From a bacterium (GTDB lineage Bacteria > UBA8248), in contig CBDBZU010000004.1 in assembly GCA_965213625.1 (NCBI GenBank), positions 3,136,001 to 3,200,000 on the forward strand: 64,000 nt of DNA. Reading direction: 5' to 3'. Positions 1-9,463 of this stretch are shown one piece after another (within the stretch, counting starts at the first letter, position 1; each line of letters opens with the position of its first letter). Made by a program: the position numbers and the translations under genes. Below the pieces are notes generated by a model. It did no database searches. It was not told the origin of the DNA and saw only the letters and a list, made by a program, of their open reading frames with translations.

Positions 1-896
1 ACAACCCGCCCAAGCCGCAGCTTCTCTATCAGGCAGCCGCCCTGACCATGCAGAAAAACCTGCAGGTCTACTCCCAGGGGAAGATAGACATCCAGATATT
101 CCCCTCCTCCCAGCTCGGCAAGGACCGCGTGGCCGCAAAGAAGGTGCAACTCGGCTCGGTGCAGATGCAGCTCGTGGCGTCCAACAACATCACGGCCTTC
201 GACAGGCGGCTCGACATCTTCACCCTGCCCTTCATGTTCGGCAGCTTCAAGGGCGCGGCGAAAGTCTTCAACAGCGACATCGGCCAGACCATCGCCGAGA
301 ATTTCCGCAAGAAATCGGGCATCCGCGTGCTGGGCTTCGTCGCCACAGGTTTCCGGAACATGATGAACAGCAAACACCCCATCATGAAGCCCGCCGACCT
401 GGGCGACCTTCGCATGCGGATCGCGAAAAACCCCATCATGGTGCAGACGTATAAAGCGCTTGGCGGCAGCACCATCGGCATGGCGCCGACGGAGCTGTTC
501 AGCGCGCTCAGCACCAAGACGGTGGACGGCCACGATGGCGGCTCGAGCTGGGCGTGGGCCATGAAGCTCTACGAGGTGCAGAAATTCCTCTCCATCACCC
601 GGCACCAACTCGTGGCGGGCGCGCTCATCATGAACGACAAGACTTACAACAAGCTGCCCAAGGACATGCAGAAGGCCGTTCTGATGGCGGCGCGCGACAC
701 CATCGCCTGGGCGAACGCCTATGCGGAAGAAAACGAAAAAGACATCATGAAAGGCTTTGCCGATAAGGGGCTCACGATTGCAACGCCCGATCTCAAGCCC
801 TTCCGCGCGGCCGTAAGGCCAGTCCACAAGATGTTCTCCGACAAGGTGGGCGGCATGGAGTTGATCAACCGTATCCTGAAGATGCAGGAAGGCTAG
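1..896 (+). CDS. TRAP transporter substrate-binding protein DctP family (5' end outside window)
   Basis: Frame is open from the window edge. DctP-like motifs IFPSSQLG, LPFMF, GFRNM, DLGDLRMR, ELFSAL..VDG, LYEVQKF. Confidence 0.9.
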   Translation, partial: NPPKPQLLYQAAALTMQKNLQVYSQGKIDIQIFPSSQLGKDRVAAKKVQLGSVQMQLVASNNITAFDRRLDIFTLPFMFGSFKGAAKVFNSDIGQTIAENFRKKSGIRVLGFVATGFRNMMNSKHPIMKPADLGDLRMRIAKNPIMVQTYKALGGSTIGMAPTELFSALSTKTVDGHDGGSSWAWAMKLYEVQKFLSITRHQLVAGALIMNDKTYNKLPKDMQKAVLMAARDTIAWANAYAEENEKDIMKGFADKGLTIATPDLKPFRAAVRPVHKMFSDKVGGMELINRILKMQEG

Positions 897-906
897 GCGA
901 CCACAA

Positions 907-945
907 GGCGCGCGGCGGCTTCCGGGTCGCCGCGCGCCGTTTTTT
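907..945 (+). terminator. Rho-independent terminator
   Basis: Stem GGCGCGCGGCGGC / GTCGCCGCGCGCC followed by a T6 run, just after the DctP stop. Confidence 0.8.
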
Positions 946-963
946 CATGAAAAGGAAAGTGAT

Positions 964-1719
964 ATGAGCGGCTTCGAGGGGCAAAGCGCCTTCGTCACGG
1001 GCGCGGCGACGGGAATCGGTGAATCCACGGCGAGAATCCTCGCCCAGAGAGGGGCTGCGGTCACCGTCATAGATTTCGACGCTGAAGGCGCCGAAGCCGT
1101 CACGAAATCCATCAACGAAAGCGGAGGCGCGGCCCACTGCGCCGTCGTCGACCTCACCGACTGGGAGGCGACCGAAACCGCAGTCAACGAGGCTCACAAC
1201 CGGGCAGGCGGTATCGATGTTCTCGTGCACAGCGCGGGCGGCTTTCCGCAATACGTGAGCCTGCTCGAATGTCCCGTAGAGGCCTGGGACGGCGTGGTGA
1301 ACTCGAACCTGAAATCCATGTTCTATCTCTTGAAAGCCGCGGCTCCCCTCATGGTGGCGGCGAACTACGGTCGCTTCGTGACGCTCTCGAGCATGGCGGC
1401 GCGCAGCGGCGTGAACCCCAATCCCCCGCATTACACCGCCGCCAAGGCGGGCGTGCTCGGCCTTACCCGGCAGGCAGCGCGCGAACTGGGGCCGCACGGC
1501 GTCACCGTGAACGCCGTGGCGCCTGCCAACGTGCAGACGCCGAGAGGGCTCAAAATCAGAACGCCCGAGCGCATCGCCCACATCGAAAAATCATCGCCCG
1601 TGGGCAGACTCTCGGAATCCCGCGAGATAGCCGAGGCCGTCGTTTTTCTCTGCAGCAAGGAGGCAGGCTACATCACCGGCGTCACGCTCGACGTGAACGG
1701 CGGCGCGACGATGGTTTGA
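964..1719 (+). CDS. SDR family oxidoreductase (FabG-like)
   Basis: TGAATGIG cofactor motif, YTAAK catalytic motif, C-terminal ITGVTLDVNGG. Confidence 0.9.
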   Translation: MSGFEGQSAFVTGAATGIGESTARILAQRGAAVTVIDFDAEGAEAVTKSINESGGAAHCAVVDLTDWEATETAVNEAHNRAGGIDVLVHSAGGFPQYVSLLECPVEAWDGVVNSNLKSMFYLLKAAAPLMVAANYGRFVTLSSMAARSGVNPNPPHYTAAKAGVLGLTRQAARELGPHGVTVNAVAPANVQTPRGLKIRTPERIAHIEKSSPVGRLSESREIAEAVVFLCSKEAGYITGVTLDVNGGATMV

Positions 1720-1851
1720 TAAGGCCTGCTCTCTCGCCGCCCCTGTGGATTCTGGTTTGAGCAGGCGGATAAAAAGCAAGTGAGCTTTGCGACACGCTAA
1801 ATGAAGAATATACGAAGGATCGTCTTCTCCCGTTTTCCCATTCCTTAAAAT

Positions 1852-1880
1852 AATCGCCCCCGTTTTTAGCAGGGGCGATT
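1852..1880. terminator. Hairpin between convergent genes (probable terminator)
   Basis: 9-bp inverted repeat AATCGCCCC / GGGGCGATT. Confidence 0.5.
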
Positions 1881-1984
1881 CGCTTGGTGCAGTTACTGAA
1901 AACTCGTCCGGACTTATCGGGTGCGCTGCTCCTCCAGCACTTCTCTCATAATGGTTCGTATCTGTTGCGGCGTGATTAGTTTTT

Positions 1985-2884
1985 CTAGGCGCTTTCGAGG
2001 GCTTGTTTCACGAGTGGCACGACCTGGGAGAATCGCTCGGCCACGAGGACGCCCGCTTCTTTTAGTAGCCTTTTCTTGCCCGAGGGCGCGCCGCGGCCGC
2101 GCTCGATGAGTGCGCCGGTGTGGCTCACACTCGCGGGCGTGGGTGAGGTTTCCCAGAACTCGCCGGGGATCATCGCCACGGCGGGTTTCGTGAATCCTCC
2201 CGAGGCGATGAAGCGCGCCGCCTCCTCTTCCCGGTCCGTACCGGGTTCGCCAAACATGACGACGACGCGGGTTTCTGGGTCTTTTTCGAACAGGGCAAGC
2301 ATCTCGACGAAGGCGGAGCCGATGAGCAAATCGCCGCCCAGGGCCACGTAGGTGCTCTGGCCGATGCCCGCTTGCGTGAGGAAAAGGCATATCTCCGCCC
2401 CCATCCCGCCGCTTCTGCTCACCACGCCCACAGGGCCGGGGCGGAACATGAGGTCGGGCACCTCGCCGCCCGTTCCACCCAGCTTCGCCTTCCCCGGACT
2501 CACCATCCCCTGGCTGTTGGGGCCGATCACGAAGGTTCCCCGCTCCGCCGCTCGCGTGAGCAGCGCGCAGGCGTCGTGGTGCGGCACCCCCTCCGCGAGA
2601 ATGTGCACGGTGGGAACGCCCGCCTCGATGGCTTCCAGGGCCGCCTCGCGCACGAACCGTGCGGGCACGAAGAGCACGGAAAGGTCCACCTCGTGCTCCC
2701 TCAAGGCGTCCGCCACGGCACCGTAGACGGGTACGCCGCCAACCGATTCGCCCCCTTTTCCCGGAGACACGCCCGCCACCACGCGGGTGCCGTAGTCCGT
2801 CATGGTGGGCAAAAGACGCCGCGCCTCGGCCCCCGTGGCTCCCTGCACAAGCACGCGGGTAATTGAATCCAGCAGAATGCTCAA
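1985..2884 (-). CDS. Succinyl-CoA synthetase alpha-subunit-like CoA-binding protein (SucD paralogue)
   Basis: VLVQGATG, GVSPGKGG, IGPNSQG, VVSRSGG, GIGQST, and phospho-His motif SHTGA. ATGA overlap with the upstream gene. Confidence 0.88.
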   Translation of the reverse strand: MSILLDSITRVLVQGATGAEARRLLPTMTDYGTRVVAGVSPGKGGESVGGVPVYGAVADALREHEVDLSVLFVPARFVREAALEAIEAGVPTVHILAEGVPHHDACALLTRAAERGTFVIGPNSQGMVSPGKAKLGGTGGEVPDLMFRPGPVGVVSRSGGMGAEICLFLTQAGIGQSTYVALGGDLLIGSAFVEMLALFEKDPETRVVVMFGEPGTDREEEAARFIASGGFTKPAVAMIPGEFWETSPTPASVSHTGALIERGRGAPSGKKRLLKEAGVLVAERFSQVVPLVKQALESA

Positions 2885-4107
2885 CTTTCATCGCTCCCGT
2901 AGCTGCGCGCCACGATCCGCCGCGCCAGGTCTTCTATCGACGCCTCATCCTCGTGCCATTCCACGCCCGGCACTTCGGCGATAAGCCTCCTGGCTTCTTC
3001 CACTCCCGGACCGGCGTAGCGGATGATGATCGGGAATTTTTCGAGATCAAGATCCGCTTCCTTGAGGGCGCGAACCACGCCCGCGACTTTAATATCCACT
3101 CTCGTAAAATTGCTCACGTTCCCCGCCAGGAGCAGCCCCTTGATGCCGGGCTTCGAGAGCACGGCCTTCACCGCCCGGCGCATTTTCTCCTCATAGCGCC
3201 CGGGCGTAATGTCGAAGGTGGTGGCGGGCTTGCCTCCTGAGTCCAGAAGCGCTTCCAGGCTCGAGAGGCCATAGCCACCACCGGTGACCATGAAGCCGAT
3301 GTCGCCGTCCATTTCGCTGAAGCGAATCGCGCCCACGTGGGGGTCGATGGCGTCGATATCGCGCATGCGCATCTCGAGCTCCGTGAAGGGCCGCCAGCCG
3401 TTTCCCCCTTCCACGCCCAGCTTGGCTTCAAGCTCCGGGTGGCGGAAGAGCGCCTGCGCGTCTAGCTGCACCACGCCCGCCGCAGCCACCACACGGCCAT
3501 CGGCCAGTTCCGCCAGGGGGTTCACCTCTATCATCTCGCAGTCATGGGCGCAGAAAACGCTATACATCGCGCAGACAGAGCGGGCGACCTGTTCGGAGAG
3601 ATCGCCCGAGAGACCCGCGCGCCCCACCAGTTCGAGAGCGCCTTCGACCGCAAGCCCCTCCAGGATGTTCACGGGCCACTCAATAAGCTTGTCGGGATGA
3701 TGTTCGGCCAACTCCTCCACGTCCACGCCTCCCTCGGCGCTGAAGAGGATGAGCGGGCATTTTCTCGGGGCATCGAAGGAGATGGAGCAGAATATCTCGC
3801 GTTTTATGTCGAGCGCCTCCATCACGATGAGTTTGTCGACGGGAAAGCGCCGCACCTCCATGCCGAGTATGGCCGTAGCGTGCGCACGGGCCTCACCCGC
3901 CGAGCCGGCGAATTTGACCGCGCCCGCCTTGCCGCGCTTGCCTACCGGCACGAGTGCCTTGATGACGGCGCGCCCGCCCAGGCTCTCGGTGGCGCGGGCG
4001 GCTTCTTCTGCTTCCGTGCAGACCTCGAAACGCGGAACGGGGAGTCCGCCTTCGCCCAGCAGCGTCAGGGAGTCGTTTTCCAGAAGGCGTGACAAGAGGG
4101 TCTCCAC
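2881..4107 (-). CDS. ATP-grasp acyl-CoA synthetase beta subunit (SucC / citryl-CoA synthetase-like, divergent)
   Basis: VIKA..GKRGKAGAVK, GGVDVEE, EVNPL, ALFRHPE, DGDIGFMVTGGG. Confidence 0.85.
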   Translation of the reverse strand: METLLSRLLENDSLTLLGEGGLPVPRFEVCTEAEEAARATESLGGRAVIKALVPVGKRGKAGAVKFAGSAGEARAHATAILGMEVRRFPVDKLIVMEALDIKREIFCSISFDAPRKCPLILFSAEGGVDVEELAEHHPDKLIEWPVNILEGLAVEGALELVGRAGLSGDLSEQVARSVCAMYSVFCAHDCEMIEVNPLAELADGRVVAAAGVVQLDAQALFRHPELEAKLGVEGGNGWRPFTELEMRMRDIDAIDPHVGAIRFSEMDGDIGFMVTGGGYGLSSLEALLDSGGKPATTFDITPGRYEEKMRRAVKAVLSKPGIKGLLLAGNVSNFTRVDIKVAGVVRALKEADLDLEKFPIIIRYAGPGVEEARRLIAEVPGVEWHEDEASIEDLARRIVARSYGSDES

Positions 4108-4309
4108 TCAGAATTCGTTCGGCGCGTTTTCGCGAGAAAACCTGCAAGATGCGCACTAGCTAGCATTCAGGGCTTTTGACGTCAAGATTTGCAGGGGAAA
4201 AACGCGACATCACCTCTCACTGGGTATCGAGCGCACACCCCGCTTCCCCACTGGCTTCCGGCGCTCACAGGGAATCAGCGGGCAAGGCAGGGCGCCGAGT
4301 CAAATCGTC

Positions 4310-5332
4310 TCAGCCGCATTTCATCGTGGGGCGAACCACCTGGTGAAGCGTGCTGCCGCTGCTGCCGCCCATCCGGGTGCCGCCGCCGGGGAGGTGGATC
4401 CAGCCGTTCAGGTAAACCAGCCCTGTGACGCCATGCACGGGAAAGGGCATATCGGGTAAACGCGTCCAGCGGTCGGTTTTTGGATTATAGACCTCGTGGT
4501 GGGGGAACACGCCGGTCGGACTCGCCGTCGGATGTTCGCCGCCGAAGGTATGGAAACAGCCGTTCACGGCAATACCGTTGTTTCCGCTTCGCTCATAGGA
4601 CATCGGCCGCTTGGCGCTCCACTTGTTGCTTACCGGATCGTACACCTCGAGCACCGCCGTTATCTTGCTCCGAAAGCCGCCGCCGAAGCGCCCTCCGGCA
4701 ACATAGAGTTTGCCGTCAATCGCCGCCGCCGCCATGTGATTTCGGGGCGTCGGCAAGTCGGGCAGTACCGTCCATTTGTCTGCCTTCGGGTCGTAGACGG
4801 CGAAATCGTGCCCGCGTGGCGGACGGCCGCCGGCGACGTAAATCTTACCGCCGATAACGCCGTGCGCCATTGCGCTGCGCGCCGTCGGCATTGGCGCGCG
4901 CGGCGTCCACTTCTTCGTCCTGGGATCGAAGGCGTAGACGGCCGATGTATACAGGGATTTCGTCCTCCGGCCGCCGGCATTCGTCTGGCCGCCGATCACA
5001 TAGAGAATCCCGTCGAGAGCGACTGCCGAGGAATGGTTGATCGTGGTCGGATAGGGGGTCGTCAGGCTCCATGTGTCTGACTTCGTGTCATATACCTGGA
5101 TGGTATCCACACTGACCCGCGTCGAGGGGTATCCCCCGACAACGTAGATTTTTCCGTCCAGATAAGCGACCGCCATTTCAGAATTAGGCTCGATGAGCGC
5201 TGCGCGCTTGCCCCATTCCGGCTTTTGAATCGTCTGGGCCGACGACTCTGACCCGTAGAGCCACATGGCCAACATACCCAGGACGAGAACAGCTATGGCG
5301 TCCTTGCGAACACCCCGGCCCGAAATCGCCAT
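4310..5332 (-). CDS. Secreted Kelch-repeat beta-propeller protein
   Basis: About six repeats of the GKIYVxGG...YDPxxxxW type, plus a hydrophobic N-terminal signal. ATG at 5332 is preceded by GGAAGGGGAG. Confidence 0.85.
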   Translation of the reverse strand: MAISGRGVRKDAIAVLVLGMLAMWLYGSESSAQTIQKPEWGKRAALIEPNSEMAVAYLDGKIYVVGGYPSTRVSVDTIQVYDTKSDTWSLTTPYPTTINHSSAVALDGILYVIGGQTNAGGRRTKSLYTSAVYAFDPRTKKWTPRAPMPTARSAMAHGVIGGKIYVAGGRPPRGHDFAVYDPKADKWTVLPDLPTPRNHMAAAAIDGKLYVAGGRFGGGFRSKITAVLEVYDPVSNKWSAKRPMSYERSGNNGIAVNGCFHTFGGEHPTASPTGVFPHHEVYNPKTDRWTRLPDMPFPVHGVTGLVYLNGWIHLPGGGTRMGGSSGSTLHQVVRPTMKCG

Positions 5333-5630
5333 CTCCCCTTCCCTCCCCATCGAAATACCGTGTGCGAATACCAAATCGGGCAAAAGACCCGCTTGATTTA
5401 CACGTTGCGGTGATCCGCCATACATCTCCGGTCGTTCCGCGAATCTACCATGAGCTCGCTCACGCCACCAAGCGAACGGCGAAGATGTTTATCCTTATCC
5501 CCGGACGCCTTATCATTCATCGAACAGGCGCCGCCGTGACCCGGTCGATTGCCGCCGGCGGAAGAGACGGGATTCAGGATGACTGTGTTTTCTCATTTCT
5601 GATAATATCGCCAAACTGACTAAACACCGC

Positions 5631-5658
5631 TTGCGAAAGTATGTTGATGAGATAGAAT
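5631..5658 (+). promoter_or_regulatory. Possible sigma70 promoter of the TAXI operon
   Basis: TTGCGA-N16-TAGAAT about 50 nt before the ATG at 5710. Confidence 0.4.
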
Positions 5659-5709
5659 CATTCCAACGAGTAAAACCCATTTCTCTGCGATACCAACGGA
5701 GGTGAGTCT

Positions 5710-6708
5710 ATGCGTACCCACAAAAGATTGATCGCAGCAACTGCCGTTTTCGCTGTAGCCGGCTTCGCCGCCTCTCTGGCGAGCGCCGCCACCACCAACA
5801 TCACCATCGTCGGCGCGGGCAAGGGCGCGGGCGCGTTCCGCATGGCGGCGGGCCTCGCCGAGGCGGTGAACAAGACGAGCAAGACCGTCAACGTCACCAA
5901 CCGCGAGTCCAAGGGCTTCGTCGCCAACACCCGCCTCGTCGCCAGCGGCCGCTCCGAGATCGGGATGACGAACGGTATTTTCGTCGACTTCATCCAGCGC
6001 AAGCAAAAACCCTTCCACAAGGGCAAGGCCATGATGACCATCCGGGGGATCGGCCCGGTGTCTACTTCCTGGTTCCAGATGGCGACGTTCCACAGGACCG
6101 GCATCAAGACCTACCACGATCTCGCCGGCAAGCGGGTGAACGTGGGTCCGAGGGGAAGCTCCACGCTCTTCATGACGAAGTTCATCACCGACAGCATCGG
6201 GATTACCGACAAAATCCGCAAAGACTACCTGGGCTGGGCCGCTGCCGCCAACAACATGATCGACAGCAAGATCGACGCTTTCAGCATCCCGAACCCGGTG
6301 CCCTCGCCCTCGATTCTGCGCGCCTCGCGCAGCGGTCCGCTCCGCATCCTGAGCATCCCCGACAAGGTGCGCGACAAGTTCGTAGCCCTGAGCTCGGGCT
6401 ATTACAAGGATAACAAGGACGCCAGCCCCTACCAGGGGATGAAGGGCAAGAAGTTCAAGACGGTCGCCTACACCATCTTCGCCGTGGCGAACGAAAAAGT
6501 GCCCAACGACGTCATCTACGAGGTGACGCGGCGGGTGTACGACAAGGCGAACCGCGAATTTTTGATCAACGTCTTCAAGGGCTGGAAGATCGGGCTGGAT
6601 TTCGCCGCGAAATCGGATGAGTTCATCAAGCAGATGGGCAGCTTCAAATTGAAGGTCCACCCCGGCGCCGCGCGCTACTGGAAGTCGAAAGGCTATATGG
6701 TCAACTAG
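5710..6708 (+). CDS. TAXI-family TRAP transporter solute-binding subunit
   Basis: Signal peptide, SKGFVAN, DLAGKRVNVGPRGS, C-terminal HPGAARYW, RBS GGAGGT. Confidence 0.9.
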   Translation: MRTHKRLIAATAVFAVAGFAASLASAATTNITIVGAGKGAGAFRMAAGLAEAVNKTSKTVNVTNRESKGFVANTRLVASGRSEIGMTNGIFVDFIQRKQKPFHKGKAMMTIRGIGPVSTSWFQMATFHRTGIKTYHDLAGKRVNVGPRGSSTLFMTKFITDSIGITDKIRKDYLGWAAAANNMIDSKIDAFSIPNPVPSPSILRASRSGPLRILSIPDKVRDKFVALSSGYYKDNKDASPYQGMKGKKFKTVAYTIFAVANEKVPNDVIYEVTRRVYDKANREFLINVFKGWKIGLDFAAKSDEFIKQMGSFKLKVHPGAARYWKSKGYMVN

Positions 6709-6730
6709 ACGTTTCCCGGATTCTTTTGTT

Positions 6731-6759
6731 CCCCCGGAGGGCGAGACGCCTTCCGGGGG
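6731..6759 (+). other. Intercistronic stem-loop (mRNA stabiliser or partial terminator)
   Basis: CCCCCGGAGGGCG-AGA-CGCCTTCCGGGGG between the SBP and permease genes; no T-tract. Confidence 0.55.
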
Positions 6760-6807
6760 GTCTGGCTCGGGCGGCTGCCATTCGAATTCGGGTAAGAAAG
6801 GGTAGCG

Positions 6808-9414
6808 ATGGGGAAGTTTTTCAATTTGCTCGGGGGATGGTTGCGATTCATATTCGCCCCGGAGTCGGCCATCCGCCGGGATATCGAGCCCGGCCTCCAG
6901 AAGAAAAACCTACCCATCTTCATATTTCTCTCTGCCATTCTCCTCGTCTACATCGTTATCTTCGCCGGGAGAAAATACAACTTCTACCTTCCCTATGAAA
7001 TCTCATGGGAATGGCAGGAGGTCGAATTCCCCGCTCTCGAGTTCTGGCTCTACGCCCTCATCTGGCTCTACGTATCGGGCCTGTGCATTCTGCCGAGGGT
7101 GACGATCCTCCTCTCCTCGTTCGTGTTCGCCGCCTATTTTCTATACGGCGCGGCGAACAGGGCGCCGGTGGATTTCGGTCTGGGTTTCGGCGAGGTCATC
7201 GTCTATATCCTCTCCCCGCTCCTCAGTGCGGAGATGGAGAAATCCCTCTCGGCGATATGGGAGACGCTCCACTTTCCGGGGCTCTCCATCTATGCGTATC
7301 ATTTCTACCTGCCCCTGTACGTGATCTTCACCGCCATCCTGACGTTCATCTTCTATCCGGCGCGAGCGGGCGCTCCGACGAGGCGGCCCTCCACCGTGGA
7401 CCTCCTCCTGTGCGCGGGCGTCGTCGTATTCACGGTGGAATACATCATGAACTTCGCCGACAGGGGAGACCGGGCGGGCCTCGTCCTCTGGCCGGACGTC
7501 GCCATGGGAACAATCGCCATCATCGTCTCGATAGAGATGTGCCGCCGTGTGCTGGGCTGGGTGCTTCCGCTGCTGGGTCTCTTTTTCTTTTACTACGCCA
7601 TGTACGGCAACTATTTTCCTGGACGGCTCCTGCACAAGGGGTTTTCCTATAACGAGGTTGTGAGCTTTATTTACGGGACGTCGGGTATATTCGGCGTCAT
7701 TGCGAACGTCTACGCGAGCTATGTGTTCCTGTTTATTCTTTTCGGCGTCTTTCTGGAAAAGACGAAGGTCGGCGACGTGTTCATCGACCTCTCCTACGCC
7801 CTGGTGGGCCGTCTGCGCGGAGGAGCCGCCAAGGCTTCTGTCGTATCGAGCGGCCTGGTGGGATCGGTGGTGGGAAGCGGGGCGGCGAACATCGTCATCA
7901 CCGGAACCTTCACGATCCCGCTCATGAAGCGAGCGGGCTACAAGCCCCACTACGCGGGAGCGGTCGAGGCGGTCTCATCCATCGGCGGTCACCTGCTGCC
8001 CCCCATCATGGGTTCGGCGGCCTTTCTCGTAGCGGCGTTCACCGAAACGGACTATGGGTGGATAGCGCTCATATCGCTCGTACCCGCGCTGATGTACTAC
8101 TTCTCGGTCTACATGTCTGTCCACTTCCGCTCGGGGATGGACGGCATCCACGGCCTCTCGAAAGAAGAGTTGCCCGAACTGCTGCCATTGCTCAAAAAAG
8201 ACGGCTACCTGCTTCTGCCGGTGGCGCTGCTTATCTGCCGGCTCGTCATCGGGCGCTCGCCGTTTGACGCGGCGCTTTGGTCCATCATCCTCGCGATGGT
8301 TCTGGGATTCTTCCGCGAGGACACACGCCTGCTGGCCCTGCCGCCGGTTCTCGCGCGCCTCGTTGGTCGTCCCGGATGGAGCACCCGCAACGACAGGCTC
8401 GAATACGAGGCCGCGAAACACCACAAGAAACTCATGGAATCAGGCAAGAGCCTGGAAGATGCCAACACCGAGGCGGAAGCCTATCTGGAAACAGCGAAGG
8501 CCGAGCCCGCCGGAAACCCACTCATGGAGAACTGGCCCCTGCTCGCCGGGCTGGGGCTGCTTATCGTGCTTCCGGTGGCGGGACATACCCTGCCTGAGAC
8601 GATCTTCTGGTCCGTGCTCGCGGCGGTGGTGCTCTCATCCCCTCGCGTTCTGGACGGCCTCGAGCGCGGCGCCGTCAACTCGCTCATCATCGGCGTGACG
8701 GCGGGCGTGATGGGCATCGTACTCGCAGGCGTTTCGATGCCCGGCCTCGGCATCAAATTCTCCTCGATCATCCTGAGCTACGCGTCCTTCCTCGACAACG
8801 CCCTGGGCATCACGGGAACCGCGCTCCCGGTGGCGATTCTGCTGTGCACCGTCGCCAGCTACATCATGGGGATGGGTATGACGATCACGGCAAGCTACGT
8901 GCTGCTCTCGATCCTTGCCGTGCCCGCGCTTGTGGAACTCGGCGTGCCGCTCCTGAGCGCGCACCTGATGATCCTCTGGCTGAGTCAGGACGCCTCGCTC
9001 ACGCCGCCCTTCGCCCTGGGCGCGTTTATTGCAGCGGGCGTGGCGGGCGCAGACCCGATGCGCACCGGCTTCGCTTCACTCAAACTCGGCAAGGCGCTCT
9101 ACATCGTCCCCTTCCTGATGGCCTACACCCCGATCAACATGACGCCGGGCTCGGAGTGGATCGACATCCTCATCGTATGGGGGAGCGGCTTCATGGGCTT
9201 TTTCTGCACCTCGGCGTCGCTCGAGGGCTACATGCGGAGAAAGCTCGAAATCTGGGAGCGGGTCGTCTTCGCCGTGGCGGGTGGGCTGCTGTTCTTCTAC
9301 GTGCCGTGGATGAAGATAACGGGCGCGATCATCATGGCCGTCATGGTCACCATCCAGTTCATGGGCGCGAAGGATGAGGGTGCTGCCTCGCCTAGACCTG
9401 CAGTGTCCTCGTAA
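6808..9414 (+). CDS. TRAP transporter 4TM/12TM fused permease (TAXI type)
   Basis: GIFG, FILFG, RGGAAK, GSGAAN, TGTFTIPLMKRAGY, AVEAVSSIGG, PPIMG, LTPP. Confidence 0.92.
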   Translation: MGKFFNLLGGWLRFIFAPESAIRRDIEPGLQKKNLPIFIFLSAILLVYIVIFAGRKYNFYLPYEISWEWQEVEFPALEFWLYALIWLYVSGLCILPRVTILLSSFVFAAYFLYGAANRAPVDFGLGFGEVIVYILSPLLSAEMEKSLSAIWETLHFPGLSIYAYHFYLPLYVIFTAILTFIFYPARAGAPTRRPSTVDLLLCAGVVVFTVEYIMNFADRGDRAGLVLWPDVAMGTIAIIVSIEMCRRVLGWVLPLLGLFFFYYAMYGNYFPGRLLHKGFSYNEVVSFIYGTSGIFGVIANVYASYVFLFILFGVFLEKTKVGDVFIDLSYALVGRLRGGAAKASVVSSGLVGSVVGSGAANIVITGTFTIPLMKRAGYKPHYAGAVEAVSSIGGHLLPPIMGSAAFLVAAFTETDYGWIALISLVPALMYYFSVYMSVHFRSGMDGIHGLSKEELPELLPLLKKDGYLLLPVALLICRLVIGRSPFDAALWSIILAMVLGFFREDTRLLALPPVLARLVGRPGWSTRNDRLEYEAAKHHKKLMESGKSLEDANTEAEAYLETAKAEPAGNPLMENWPLLAGLGLLIVLPVAGHTLPETIFWSVLAAVVLSSPRVLDGLERGAVNSLIIGVTAGVMGIVLAGVSMPGLGIKFSSIILSYASFLDNALGITGTALPVAILLCTVASYIMGMGMTITASYVLLSILAVPALVELGVPLLSAHLMILWLSQDASLTPPFALGAFIAAGVAGADPMRTGFASLKLGKALYIVPFLMAYTPINMTPGSEWIDILIVWGSGFMGFFCTSASLEGYMRRKLEIWERVVFAVAGGLLFFYVPWMKITGAIIMAVMVTIQFMGAKDEGAASPRPAVSS

Positions 9415-9463
9415 CCTCGGGAATCCGCAAACTCCAAAGATCGCGCTTCTTCCCGTAGTTTAA

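Noticed and set aside
1914-1990. Protein-like tail LITPQQIRTIMREVLEEQRTR downstream of sucD
   Set aside because: It is the end of an alternate-frame ORF with no independent start or slippery site; too short to call.
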